Under the pieces are notes generated by a model that saw only the letters and a program-made list of their open reading frames with translations, ran no database searches and was not told the DNA's origin. Shown piece by piece: positions 20,405 through 30,082 of a stretch of DNA of 64,000 nt. The stretch's first letter is position 1; each line of letters begins with the position of its first letter. This stretch comes from Rhizobiaceae bacterium (GTDB lineage Bacteria; Pseudomonadota; Alphaproteobacteria; Rhizobiales; Rhizobiaceae): the NCBI GenBank assembly GCA_035556195.1, contig DATMFK010000011.1, positions 24,900 to 88,899 on the forward strand, read 5' to 3'. Made by a program: the position numbers and the translations under genes.

Positions 20405-22234
20405 TTATCCGATCGGCGCGGTCGCGGCCTCCAGCCATTTCAGGACATCGCCCCCGACCATGGGGCCGATCTCCGACAGCACGCGCGCGTGATAGGCGTT
20501 GAGCCAGGCGAGTTCTTCCGGCGACAACAGGCCGGGCACCACGAGCCGGCGGTCGAACGGCGCGAGTGTCAGCGTCTCGAAGCCGTGCATGGCGATGTCG
20601 CCGCCGGCGATCTCCGCGGCGGGCGTCACCAGCACCAGGTTCTCCATGCGGATGCCGTATTCGCCCGGCCGGTAGTAGCCGGGCTCGTTGGACAGGATCA
20701 TGCCTTCGAGCAGCTTCTCGGTGCCGGTCTTGGCGATGCGCTGCGGGCCCTCATGGACGGAGAGGAAGGAGCCCACGCCGTGGCCGGTGCCATGGGCGTA
20801 GTCGATCCCAGCCTTCCAGTGAGCGAGCCTGGCGACCGCATCGATGTCGCAGCCGCGCGTGCCGGCCGGGAAACGTAGCATCGAAATCCCGATCATGCCC
20901 TTGAGGACGATCGTCGCGCGCTCGCGCATCTCATTGCTCGGGGTGCCGATCGCCACCGTGCGCGTGATATCGGTGGTGCCGTCCTGATACTGAGCGCCGG
21001 AATCGAGCAGGAAAAGCTCGTCGGCGCTCAACTTGCGGTTCGTCGCTTTCGAGACGCGGTAATGGATGATCGCCCCGTTCGGTCCGGCGCCCGAGATCGT
21101 GTCGAAGGAGATCTCGCGCAGCGGCATCTGCGTCTCCTCTCCGGTGAGGCGGCGGCATTCCTCGAGCTTCGTCACGGCGGCGATCTCGTCGACGGAGCCT
21201 GCCGGCTGCGCGTCGAGCCAGGCGAGGAACTTCACCACGGCCGCGCCGTCACGGCGATGGGCGGCGCGGGTGCCGGCGATCTCCGCTGCATTCTTGGTTG
21301 CGCGGGGAAGGCGAGCGGGGTCGGCGAGCGAGACGACCGTGCCGCCATTCTCCTCGATGATCGTCCGAAGCTTCTCGGCGGCGAGCGACGGGTCCAGCGC
21401 GATCTTCGCTCCCTTGCCCGCCAGCGCCGCAAGCTCCCCCGCCAGCGCGCTCGGGGGACGCAGGTCGGCGAGTTGGGTGAGATAGGCTTCCGGCTCGATC
21501 GGCAGCTTGCGCTTGTCCATGAAAAGAAGATGCGGCCCTTCCGTCGCGATCACCGCGAAGCCGAGCGCGAGGGGCGTGTGCGGCACATCGCTGCCGCGGA
21601 TGTTGAAGGCCCAGGCGATGGACGATGGGTCCGTCAGCACCGTGTGGGTGGCGCCCTCCCTGGCCAGGACTTCCGCCAGCCTGATCAGCTTCGTCTTGGC
21701 AAGCTCGCCGGCGAATTCGATGGGCTGGATCTCGACCGGCTGGAGGGGTGGCTTGGGCCGATCCGCCCAAATGGCGTCGACCGGATTGCTGTCGACCGCG
21801 ACGACGGCGGCACCGCTCTTTTCCGCCGCTTCGCGCAAGGCGCGGGCCTCTGAAATCGTGTGAAGCCACGGATCGAAACCGATCCGCGCTCCTTGGCCGA
21901 GATTGCCCCTGATCCAGGCATGCGGCGGCGTCTCGACGAGATTTTCCGGCGTGAAGACTGCCATATCCGCCTGATGACGGACCTGGAGCGTGTATCGGCC
22001 GTCAACGAAGATCAGCGCGCGATCCATGAGCACCAGCGCCACGCCCGCCGAACCGGCGAAGCCGGTCAGCCAACGCAGACGCTCCGAACAGGGGGCGACA
22101 TATTCCCCCTGATGTTCGTCGGCTCGTGGGATGATGAAGCCGGTAAGGTCGAGATCGCCCAGCTTCTCGCGCAGGAGGGCAACGCGCTCGGCGCCCTTGG
22201 AAGGGTCGCCTTCGGATTCGAAGCTCTGGAACAT
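20405..22234 (-). CDS. Aminopeptidase P (M24 family)
   Basis: DSGAQYQDGTTDITRT, HGTGHGVG, NEPGYY, GIRMENL. Confidence 0.95.
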   Translation of the reverse strand: MFQSFESEGDPSKGAERVALLREKLGDLDLTGFIIPRADEHQGEYVAPCSERLRWLTGFAGSAGVALVLMDRALIFVDGRYTLQVRHQADMAVFTPENLVETPPHAWIRGNLGQGARIGFDPWLHTISEARALREAAEKSGAAVVAVDSNPVDAIWADRPKPPLQPVEIQPIEFAGELAKTKLIRLAEVLAREGATHTVLTDPSSIAWAFNIRGSDVPHTPLALGFAVIATEGPHLLFMDKRKLPIEPEAYLTQLADLRPPSALAGELAALAGKGAKIALDPSLAAEKLRTIIEENGGTVVSLADPARLPRATKNAAEIAGTRAAHRRDGAAVVKFLAWLDAQPAGSVDEIAAVTKLEECRRLTGEETQMPLREISFDTISGAGPNGAIIHYRVSKATNRKLSADELFLLDSGAQYQDGTTDITRTVAIGTPSNEMRERATIVLKGMIGISMLRFPAGTRGCDIDAVARLAHWKAGIDYAHGTGHGVGSFLSVHEGPQRIAKTGTEKLLEGMILSNEPGYYRPGEYGIRMENLVLVTPAAEIAGGDIAMHGFETLTLAPFDRRLVVPGLLSPEELAWLNAYHARVLSEIGPMVGGDVLKWLEAATAPIG

Positions 22235-22343
22235 GCTGCCGGCCTTCAAAGGATTCTCAGGATCGCGGACGGTAGCTCCCGCTTGCAGGGCTGGCAACGC
22301 CGCGATGTGGACAATCCCGGGCATGGTGCAGTGCGATAGTGCG

Positions 22344-22360
22344 ATTTTGCGCTGCAAAAT
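22344..22360. promoter_or_regulatory. Candidate operator (7-bp inverted repeat) between divergent genes
   Basis: ATTTTGC-GCT-GCAAAAT in an AT-rich intergenic region. Confidence 0.35.
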
Positions 22361-22448
22361 AAGATGGGTGCCATGCAATATCCGCTCTTCTGGAAAGGGT
22401 CAGTACTGCTTACCTACTACAACGTAGGATTCAACCAGGAGAAGAGCA

Positions 22449-22619
22449 ATGGCTGGTTTCGTGCGTAATGCTGTGAGCGCCTTCATCAAGGCACGTGAGC
22501 GCCAGGCGGAACGTTATGTCAACGGCGCGCTGCTGATGCTCGACGACGAGACGCTCAGGGCCAGCGGTTACAGCCGTGCCGAGCTGCGCAAGCGTCCGAA
22601 TTCCGCCTACGTGATCTGA
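22449..22619 (+). CDS. 56-aa small protein, DUF1127/YjiS-like
   Basis: SD GGAGAAG; MAGFVRNAVSAFIKARERQAERYVNGALLMLDDETLRASGYSRAELRKRPNSAYVI; the LxxLDDxxLxxxGxSRxEL pattern resembles DUF1127. Below the ORF-track cutoff. Confidence 0.75.
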   Translation: MAGFVRNAVSAFIKARERQAERYVNGALLMLDDETLRASGYSRAELRKRPNSAYVI

Positions 22620-22649
22620 CAGACCGGTTTTTGGTTCAGCCATGGCGCT

Positions 22650-23510
22650 TCATCGCTTGAGATGGAGCGTCACCCATCCCTCGCGCCTTAATGTGCGCAC
22701 ATGCCGGAAAGCCTGCCCGACATAGGCGGCGATCACCGCGTCGCGCTGTCGCTCGAGGATGCCTGACAGGATCAGCGAGCCGCCGGGCATGACATATCGG
22801 GCCATTTCCGGCGCCAGGCGCATCAGCGGCCGCGCCAGGATGTTGGCGACGATCAGGTCGAAGGGCCCGCGCCGCGCGAAGATCGGGTGGTGGAACCCCG
22901 GCGCCGTCGCTGTCTCGATATAGGTCGAGACGCCATTCAGCCTGACATTCTCCTCGGCTACCCTGACGGCGATCGGGTCGATATCGGTTGCGAGCACCGG
23001 AATATGGGCAAGCTTGGCCAGGGCTATGGCGAGCACGGCGCTTCCTGTGCCGAGATCCAACGCATTGCGCGGCATCTCGCGCCGGGCCACCCTGTCGATC
23101 ATGTCGAGACAGCCGGAGGTCGTGCCGTGATGGCCGGTGCCGAAAGCGAGTCCTGCCTCGATCTCGATGGCGAGATCGCCGATGCGGCGTTTGTCCCGGT
23201 CATGGGCGCCATGGACGAAGAACCGCCGCGCACGCACCGGCTTCAGCCCTTCGAGCGAACGGGCCACCCAGTCTATATCGGGCAGGGCCTCCCGTTCGAT
23301 CGCGATCTCGCCCGCCGCCTCGTGCATGCGTTGCGCGACAAGGTCGGCGTCGTCCTCGGTGTAGAGCGAGACCTCGTGGATGTCCTTGTCTTCGTCCAGC
23401 TCCACGACCGCGAGCGGATAACCCTCCTCTTCGAAGGCAAATTCGAGCGCCGCGTAGATGCGATTCGCTTCGTCGCGGCTTGCGGTCACGTAGAGACGGG
23501 TCTGAGGCAT
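22650..23510 (-). CDS. prmA: Ribosomal protein L11 methyltransferase
   Basis: [32 protein letters not shown]. Confidence 0.94.
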   Translation of the reverse strand: MPQTRLYVTASRDEANRIYAALEFAFEEEGYPLAVVELDEDKDIHEVSLYTEDDADLVAQRMHEAAGEIAIEREALPDIDWVARSLEGLKPVRARRFFVHGAHDRDKRRIGDLAIEIEAGLAFGTGHHGTTSGCLDMIDRVARREMPRNALDLGTGSAVLAIALAKLAHIPVLATDIDPIAVRVAEENVRLNGVSTYIETATAPGFHHPIFARRGPFDLIVANILARPLMRLAPEMARYVMPGGSLILSGILERQRDAVIAAYVGQAFRHVRTLRREGWVTLHLKR

Positions 23511-23598
23511 CAAGCAGGATTCCGGACGCGGAAAGGGAGCAGGGGCATCAACACCGTCCCGACCGCCGGCGCAAGAGGGGATGGCATGCCGAGGGTGT

Positions 23599-24174
23599 TC
23601 AACCTTCCCTGGCGAGCCGCTTCAGCTTGGCGAGGGCAGTATCCGGATTCTCCTCATAGGCGATCGTGCCGAAGAAATCTCCGGACCGCTTGAGCATCAG
23701 TACGGACGCCGAATGGTCCATGGTGTAATCGCCATCGCCCGTGTCGACCTTGCGGGAATAGATGCCGAAGGATTTGGTCATGGCCGCCACCTTGTCGGGA
23801 GCGCCGGTGATGCCGACGATTCTGTCGGAAACGTTGCTGACATAGGTCTTCATCACGTCCGGCGTGTCGCGTTCGGGATCGACGGAAACGAAATAGGCGC
23901 GAATGTCCTTGCCCTCGTCGCCGAGCTTCTTCAGCCATCCGTCCATCTCGACCAGCGTGGTCGGGCACACTTCAGGACAGTGGGTGAAGCCGAAGAAGAC
24001 GACGGAGGGCTGTCCGCGGAACGCCGCTTCGGTGATCTCCGCCCCGTTCTGGTCGATGAGCGTGAATGGCGCGCCGAAGGGCTGGCCTGCTGACGGCGTG
24101 CGGTACCATTGGTAGGTCATGAAGCCCACCACGGCGGTCATCAGTACGAGTATTCCGACGAGAATGTATCGCAT
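23599..24174 (-). CDS. SCO1/SenC-family copper chaperone
   Basis: [26 protein letters not shown]. Confidence 0.95.
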   Translation of the reverse strand: MRYILVGILVLMTAVVGFMTYQWYRTPSAGQPFGAPFTLIDQNGAEITEAAFRGQPSVVFFGFTHCPEVCPTTLVEMDGWLKKLGDEGKDIRAYFVSVDPERDTPDVMKTYVSNVSDRIVGITGAPDKVAAMTKSFGIYSRKVDTGDGDYTMDHSASVLMLKRSGDFFGTIAYEENPDTALAKLKRLAREG

Positions 24175-24214
24175 CATCGAACTGGTTCCACTGTGGCGGG
24201 GATGGGCACGGGCG

Positions 24215-24376
24215 TCAGAAACACCAGGCCAGGCCTGTCTCGGCCATGGCCATGAAGATCGCGGCACCCTTGTCGACCCACGAGGCAAAGGCAATGCCGC
24301 TAACCGCCGCGAGCACAGCGAGCCCGAGCGCAAGCTTCGTCAGATGCGAAGTGGGGATATGGGGTTCGGTCTTCAT
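24215..24376 (-). CDS. 53-aa single-TM hypothetical protein
   Basis: MKTEPHIPTSHLTKLALGLAVLAAVSGIAFASWVDKGAAIFMAMAETGLAWCF; lies co-directionally just upstream of SCO. Confidence 0.65.
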   Translation of the reverse strand: MKTEPHIPTSHLTKLALGLAVLAAVSGIAFASWVDKGAAIFMAMAETGLAWCF

Positions 24377-24503
24377 GGGCGACAGCATAGCGTGCCGGAC
24401 GGCCACGCAAAAGGTGCCAACTTGCCGCTGAGACGCCTCCGCTTGCAACGGAGGCCGCGTCCCCCCAAGTGTCTGCGTGAAGCCCTCAACGCAGGAGAAC
24501 ACA

Positions 24504-24995
24504 ATGCGTCGTCTCGTCCTCGGTATCGCCTCGGCATGCGCCATCGGCGCGGCCGCGCCGGCCCTTGCCCAGCAGGTCGGCGAGATCGGCGTCGACTGGC
24601 TGGGCAACGACATCATCGTGGAAGCGATCAAGGACCCGAGCGTCGAGGGCGTGACCTGCCACGTGTCCTATTTCAAGCGCGGCATGGTCGACCGGCTGCA
24701 AAAGGGCAACTGGTTCGAGGATCCCTCCGACACCGCGATCTCCTGCCGACAAACCGGTCCCATTACCATCCACGAGATCGATCTCAGTCGGGAAGGGGAG
24801 GAGGTCTTCAAACAGGGGATCAGCCTGATCTGGAAGAAGCAGGTCGTGAACCGCATCTACGACAAGGCGAACGACACGCTGATCTATCTCGCCCATTCCC
24901 GGCAAGTGCAGAACGGTTCGGCAAAGATGTCGATGTCGACGATCCCGCTCTATGGGCAGGAAGTCGTTTGGGCGAAGGGCAAGCCGCAACAGTAG
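24504..24995 (+). CDS. creA: CreA-family periplasmic protein
   Basis: Signal peptide; DPSVEGVTCHVS, ISCRQTGPI, YLAHSR; SD AGGAGA. Confidence 0.9.
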   Translation: MRRLVLGIASACAIGAAAPALAQQVGEIGVDWLGNDIIVEAIKDPSVEGVTCHVSYFKRGMVDRLQKGNWFEDPSDTAISCRQTGPITIHEIDLSREGEEVFKQGISLIWKKQVVNRIYDKANDTLIYLAHSRQVQNGSAKMSMSTIPLYGQEVVWAKGKPQQ

Positions 24996-25050
24996 CGAGC
25001 CTCGATGGACGCACCTTGTCGGGGGAGCCCGACGGGCGTAAAGCCCGGCC

Positions 25051-25686
25051 ATGACAGCCGATCTGCGCTTCACCGATCCCGAACCGCGAATCCACCCGAC
25101 AGCCGAGCTCAAGTCGTGCCGGCTCGGTCGCCATGCTGCGATCGGCGAGCGCGTTATTCTGCGCGAAGTCACGGTAGGCGACTATTCGTATTTCGAGCGG
25201 CATGCCGAAGCGATCTATACGTCGATCGGCAAATTCTGCTCGATCGCCGCCAATACGCGGATCAACGCGCTCGAGCATCCACTTGAGCGGCCAACCACCC
25301 ACAAGCTCAGCTACAGGCCGAACGAGTATTTCCGGTATCTCGGCGTCGATCAGGACTTCCGCGAGAGGCGGAGGACGAAACGGGTCGTCATCGGCCACGA
25401 TGTCTGGATCGGCCACGGTGCCGTAATTCTGCCGGGCGTCACGATTGGCAACGGTGCCGTGATCGGGGCAAATGCGGTGGTGAGCCGCGACGTCGGTGCC
25501 TATGAGATCGTCGCTGGTGGTCCGGCGAAGCTGCTGCGGCGACGGTTCTCGCACGAGATAGGCGAGCGCCTGGAGAGGCTGGCCTGGTGGGATTGGCCGG
25601 CCGAACGCTTGTTCGAAGCGGTGCCCGACATGCAGACGCTCTCGATCGAGGACTTCCTGGACCGATGGGAGAGCCGGCCGAGATAG
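25051..25686 (+). CDS. Hexapeptide-repeat acetyltransferase (CatB/LbetaH-like)
   Basis: IGKFCSIA, IGHDVWIGHGAVILPGVTIGNGAVIGANAVV, WWDW. Confidence 0.9.
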   Translation: MTADLRFTDPEPRIHPTAELKSCRLGRHAAIGERVILREVTVGDYSYFERHAEAIYTSIGKFCSIAANTRINALEHPLERPTTHKLSYRPNEYFRYLGVDQDFRERRRTKRVVIGHDVWIGHGAVILPGVTIGNGAVIGANAVVSRDVGAYEIVAGGPAKLLRRRFSHEIGERLERLAWWDWPAERLFEAVPDMQTLSIEDFLDRWESRPR

Positions 25687-25819
25687 CGCTAACGACGGCA
25701 TGGCGGCGGAATGCCAAGGGGGAACCGAGACGCTGCGAACACGTTGTCGATCCGGTTCAGCATAGAAGGCCGGCTTGCCATCGCGGGCGAGTTCGAGAAG
25801 CGTTCACAGAGGTTCCCCT

Positions 25820-26233
25820 ATGTCCTTTGAAACGGTTTTCACCAGGGTGGCAAATCGTGTCGCGCATGCCGCGGGCGTGCCGTCTACGTTCATACTCTGC
25901 TGTGCGGTCGTTCTCATCTGGGCCGTATCGGGTCCGTTTTTTGGTTTCTCCGACACATGGCAGCTCATCATCAACACGGGCACCACGATCGTAACCTTCC
26001 TCATGGTGTTCCTGATTCAGAATACCCAGAACCGCGACGGCGCCGCCATCCAGGCCAAGCTTGATGAGCTGATCCGCGTGAGCGAGGCACGCAACCTGTT
26101 CATCGGGATAGAGCACCTGACGGAACGCGAGGTGGAGGAATTCCGCAGGAAGTGCGAGGATGCCGCGCAACGCCACCAGGAGCGGCAGAAAAGCAAGAAG
26201 AATGCTCGGCCGAAAATGGCCGCCAAGGCGTGA
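25820..26233 (+). CDS. Low-affinity iron permease (Fet4-like) family protein
   Basis: WQLIINTGTTIVTFLMVFLIQNTQNRDGAAIQAKLDELI. Confidence 0.9.
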   Translation: MSFETVFTRVANRVAHAAGVPSTFILCCAVVLIWAVSGPFFGFSDTWQLIINTGTTIVTFLMVFLIQNTQNRDGAAIQAKLDELIRVSEARNLFIGIEHLTEREVEEFRRKCEDAAQRHQERQKSKKNARPKMAAKA

Positions 26234-26269
26234 CGCCGGTCTTTCGGCGCACCCTACACCGCCGTTCGT

Positions 26270-27127
26270 CTACCGTTTCATGAACTCGGCAAACACCTCC
26301 GTGTAATCCGGGTGCCAGCGCGAGAGCGCCGGACGGTTTGCGATGATATCGCCCATCGCCCAGGCCATGCGCCGTTCGTCCGTTGCCCTGTCGGTCTCAT
26401 TGTCGGGGCAGAGGATGTAGAAGTCGCCCCGCGCGAGGCTTTGGAGCATGAAGTCTGCCACCTGATCCGGCGTCCACGCGCCCGCCGGTTTCTCCGTCGC
26501 GCCCTCCGTCATGCCGGTAAAAGTGAAGCCGGGAATGAGAAGATGCGCGGAGATGTTCGCGCCGGGTTCGTTGCGCAAGGCGTGGGCCAAGCCTTCCGTG
26601 TAGGTCTTCACCGCCGATTTGGAGACGTTATAGGCGAGATTGCCGGGCGGGGTGGTGATGCCTTGCTTGGAGCCGGTGTTGACGATCATACCCGGCTTTC
26701 CCCCCGCGAGCATGCGCGGGGCGAAGGCCTGCACGCCGTTGACCACCCCCCAGAAATTGACCGAGAGGAGCGCATGCCAGGCGTCCGGGTTCTCCCAGGG
26801 CTTGCCCGGATTGTTCCCGACGCCTGCATTGTTCATGACGAAGGACGGAGCGCCGAACTGGTCATTGGCCTGATCGGCGAGACGGGCGACATCTTCGGGG
26901 TCGGAGACATCGCAGGCGACGGCGATCACATCCTCGGGGCCGCCCAGCGCGACATCGACCAGCTCCTTGAGCGCATGCTGGAGGGCGGGGCCTTCCCGAT
27001 CGGCGATGACGACCCTGAGGCCCATGCCGGCCAGCTTCCTGGCGACGGCATGGCCGATGCCGCTCGCCGCTCCGGTGATCACGGCCACATTGCCATAGGC
27101 GAGGGCGGGAATGGTGGATACGGTCAT
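26270..27127 (-). CDS. Short-chain dehydrogenase/reductase
   Basis: TGAASGIG, NNAG, YNVSK. Confidence 0.92.
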   Translation of the reverse strand: MTVSTIPALAYGNVAVITGAASGIGHAVARKLAGMGLRVVIADREGPALQHALKELVDVALGGPEDVIAVACDVSDPEDVARLADQANDQFGAPSFVMNNAGVGNNPGKPWENPDAWHALLSVNFWGVVNGVQAFAPRMLAGGKPGMIVNTGSKQGITTPPGNLAYNVSKSAVKTYTEGLAHALRNEPGANISAHLLIPGFTFTGMTEGATEKPAGAWTPDQVADFMLQSLARGDFYILCPDNETDRATDERRMAWAMGDIIANRPALSRWHPDYTEVFAEFMKR

Positions 27128-27195
27128 GCGGGGCTCCTGTTTCCTGTCCATGGAGCGCTGCCGCTGTCGGACGGAGCGGGCCTCCCGGCCGAGGA

Positions 27196-29862
27196 TCACA
27201 CTCTTTTCACGAACCCGTCCAGCACCTTCTTCTGTCCGGCCTTGTCGAAGTCGATGGTGAGCTTGTTGCCGTCGATTGCCGCGACGTTGCCGTTGCCGAA
27301 CTTCAGATGGAACACCCGGTCACCGACGTTGAAGGGGGAAGGAGTGTCGGCGACCGACTTCGCCACGAGTTCGCCTTCGATGGTTCGGCCCTTCACCGAG
27401 CCGCGCCCGGCCCCGTAGCCTGAATCGACCTCGCCGTAGCCGATACGCTCGACGTGATGGCCGGAGCGCGTGCCCCAATTGCGGTCGGTTGCCTCGGTGC
27501 GGTTCTGCTGCGCGCGTTGCCAGCCGGGTGTCGCATAGCTGTTGGAGAAGGCGCCTCCGCCGACATTGTCGAAGCGCGACGCGCCGTATGGGTTCTGCCG
27601 GCCGGCAGGGGAACGTCCGGAGTTGCCGTAGCCGATGCCGTAGCCGCCATAGGAATTGCCGGTTTCGGCCACCTCGACATGCGCCTCCGGCAATTCGTCC
27701 AGGAACCGCGACGGGATGGTCGACTGCCAGAGCCCATGGATGCGGCGGTTGGAGACGAACCAGATGTGCAGGTTCTTCTTGGCCCGGGTAAGTCCGACAT
27801 AGGCGAGGCGCCGCTCTTCCTCGAGCCCGGAACGCCCGCCCTCGTCGAGCGCGCGCTGGTGCGGGAAAAGTCCTTCTTCCCAGCCCGGCAGGAACACGGT
27901 CTCGAACTCCAGGCCCTTCGCCGAATGCAGCGTCATGATGGAAACAGCATCGAGCTCCTCGTTCTGCTCGGCATCCATGACGAGCGCCACATGCTCCAGG
28001 AAGGAGCGCAGCGATTCATATTCCTCCATGGAGCGAATGAGCTCCTTGAGGTTCTCGAGCCTGCCCGGGGCCTCGGCGGAGCGATCGTTCTTCCACATAT
28101 CGGTGTAGCCGGACTCCTCGAGGATCATCTCGGCGAGTTCGGTATGGGGCGTGGTGTCGAGCCGGTCCTGCCAGCGAGCGAAATTGGCGGCCACTTCGCG
28201 CAAGGCCGCGCGTGGCTTGGGCTTCAGTTCGTCGCTCTCGGCAAGCCGGGCGGCTGCCTCCAGCATCGGCACGCCCAGCATGCGGCCGGTGTCATGCAGT
28301 TGCCGGATCGCGGCTTCGCCGAGGCCGCGCTTCGGCACGTTGACGATACGCTCGAAAGCGAGGTCGTCGGCCGGCTGGGCAACGACCCGGAAATAGGCGA
28401 GCGCGTCGCGGATCTCCTGACGCTCGTAGAAGCGCGGACCGCCGATGACGCGGTAGTTCAGGCCGAGCGTGACGAAGCGGTCCTCGAACTCGCGCATCTG
28501 GAAGGATGCCCGCACCAGGATAGCCATGTCGTTCAGCGAATGCTTGTCGCGCTGCAGCCGTTCAATCTCGTCGCCGACCGCGCGCGCCTCCTCTTCCGAA
28601 TCCCAGGCGGCATGCACGATCACCTTGGCGTCGTCGGGATCGACGCGCTCGGTGAACAAGGTTTTTCCGAGCCGGCCTTCATTATGGGCGATGAGGTGCG
28701 AGGCGGCTCCCAGAATGTGGGGCGTCGAACGGTAGTTTCGTTCCAAGCGGATGACGGCCGCGCCCGGAAAGTCCTTTTCGAAGCGCAGGATGTTGTCGAC
28801 CTCTGCCCCGCGCCAGCCATAGATCGACTGGTCGTCGTCACCGACGCAGCAGATGTTTATGCGGCTTTCGTTCGGGCTGTTTTCGCTCACGGGCCGCTCC
28901 GCGCCTGACGGCGCTGGCCCTCCGCGGGGGCCTCGCACTTGCTCGGGCGGCCGGTCGGCCGCTTGATGGGAGGCAGCCGGATTTCGGGTGGCCTGCGGCC
29001 GCTGGGCGAGCAGGCGCAGCCACATATATTGGGCGGTGTTGGTGTCCTGATACTCGTCCACCAGGATGTAGCGGAATTTGCGATGATATTCCTTCAGCAC
29101 GTCGGGATGCTGGCGGAAGATCCGGATCGGGTGGCAGAGGAGGTCGCCGAAGTCGCACGCATTCAGCGTCTGCAACCGGTCCTGATAGGCCTTGAAGAGC
29201 TCGCGCCCCTTGCCATTGGCGAAGGCGCGGGCATCGCCCTCGGGTATATCCGCAGGCCCGTAGCCCTTGTTCTTCCACCCGTCGATCATCTGGGCGAAGG
29301 TACGCGCCGGCCACCGCTTGTCGTCGAGCCCCTCGGCCTGGATCAATTGCTTGATCAGGCGGATCTGATCGTCCGTGTCGAGGATGGTGAAGTCGGATCT
29401 CAGCCCTGCGAGTTCGGCATGACGGCGAAGGAGCTTCACGCCGATGGAGTGGAAGGTGCCGAGCCAGGGCATGCCTTCGATCGCTTCGCCCACCAGCATG
29501 CCGATCCGCTGCTTCATCTCGCGGGCCGCCTTGTTGGTGAAGGTGACGGCAAGAATCTGCGACGGAAAGGCTCTGCCGGTCGCCAGGATATGGGCGATGC
29601 GGGTCGTCAGCACGCGGGTCTTGCCGGTGCCGGCTCCTGCCAGGACGAGGACCGGGCCTTCGGTCGTCTCAACGGCAAGGCGCTGCTCGGGATTGAGACC
29701 TTTCAGATAGTCCGGCATTCCCCCCCGCCGCGCGGCCATGGCGCGCGCGGCGATGCCGCCGCCCTCGGGACGCGGCGGCGTGGGAGTGCGGTGCGGTACG
29801 CCGCGGCTGGGCGGTGCCTCCTCCTCGTCGAAGAAGGGAAGATCGTCTGGAAAGCCTGACAT
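27196..29862 (-). CDS. uvrD: UvrD/PcrA-family DNA helicase with a ~45-aa insertion
   Basis: AGAGTGKT, VDEYQD, VGDDDQSIYGWRG, TLHSAKGLEF, EERRLAYV. Confidence 0.96.
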   Translation of the reverse strand: MSGFPDDLPFFDEEEAPPSRGVPHRTPTPPRPEGGGIAARAMAARRGGMPDYLKGLNPEQRLAVETTEGPVLVLAGAGTGKTRVLTTRIAHILATGRAFPSQILAVTFTNKAAREMKQRIGMLVGEAIEGMPWLGTFHSIGVKLLRRHAELAGLRSDFTILDTDDQIRLIKQLIQAEGLDDKRWPARTFAQMIDGWKNKGYGPADIPEGDARAFANGKGRELFKAYQDRLQTLNACDFGDLLCHPIRIFRQHPDVLKEYHRKFRYILVDEYQDTNTAQYMWLRLLAQRPQATRNPAASHQAADRPPEQVRGPRGGPAPSGAERPVSENSPNESRINICCVGDDDQSIYGWRGAEVDNILRFEKDFPGAAVIRLERNYRSTPHILGAASHLIAHNEGRLGKTLFTERVDPDDAKVIVHAAWDSEEEARAVGDEIERLQRDKHSLNDMAILVRASFQMREFEDRFVTLGLNYRVIGGPRFYERQEIRDALAYFRVVAQPADDLAFERIVNVPKRGLGEAAIRQLHDTGRMLGVPMLEAAARLAESDELKPKPRAALREVAANFARWQDRLDTTPHTELAEMILEESGYTDMWKNDRSAEAPGRLENLKELIRSMEEYESLRSFLEHVALVMDAEQNEELDAVSIMTLHSAKGLEFETVFLPGWEEGLFPHQRALDEGGRSGLEEERRLAYVGLTRAKKNLHIWFVSNRRIHGLWQSTIPSRFLDELPEAHVEVAETGNSYGGYGIGYGNSGRSPAGRQNPYGASRFDNVGGGAFSNSYATPGWQRAQQNRTEATDRNWGTRSGHHVERIGYGEVDSGYGAGRGSVKGRTIEGELVAKSVADTPSPFNVGDRVFHLKFGNGNVAAIDGNKLTIDFDKAGQKKVLDGFVKRV

Positions 29863-30082
29863 CCCGCCGAATGTAGTGATTCGGACCGGAAACGCCAGAA
29901 GGCTGATGCCATTACCGTCCATTTGGACATTTCGACGCCATGGGAACCATCGTTTATCACGGCAGTTTTGTCGCTGCCCCGATTTCGACGGCAATCGCAG
30001 GTTGATCAAATCCAGACGGACACGGGGCGCGAGTCGCGAGCCGCAAGAATGTCGGAGGCGACGTGCTGTGAGGAGCGCTGCC

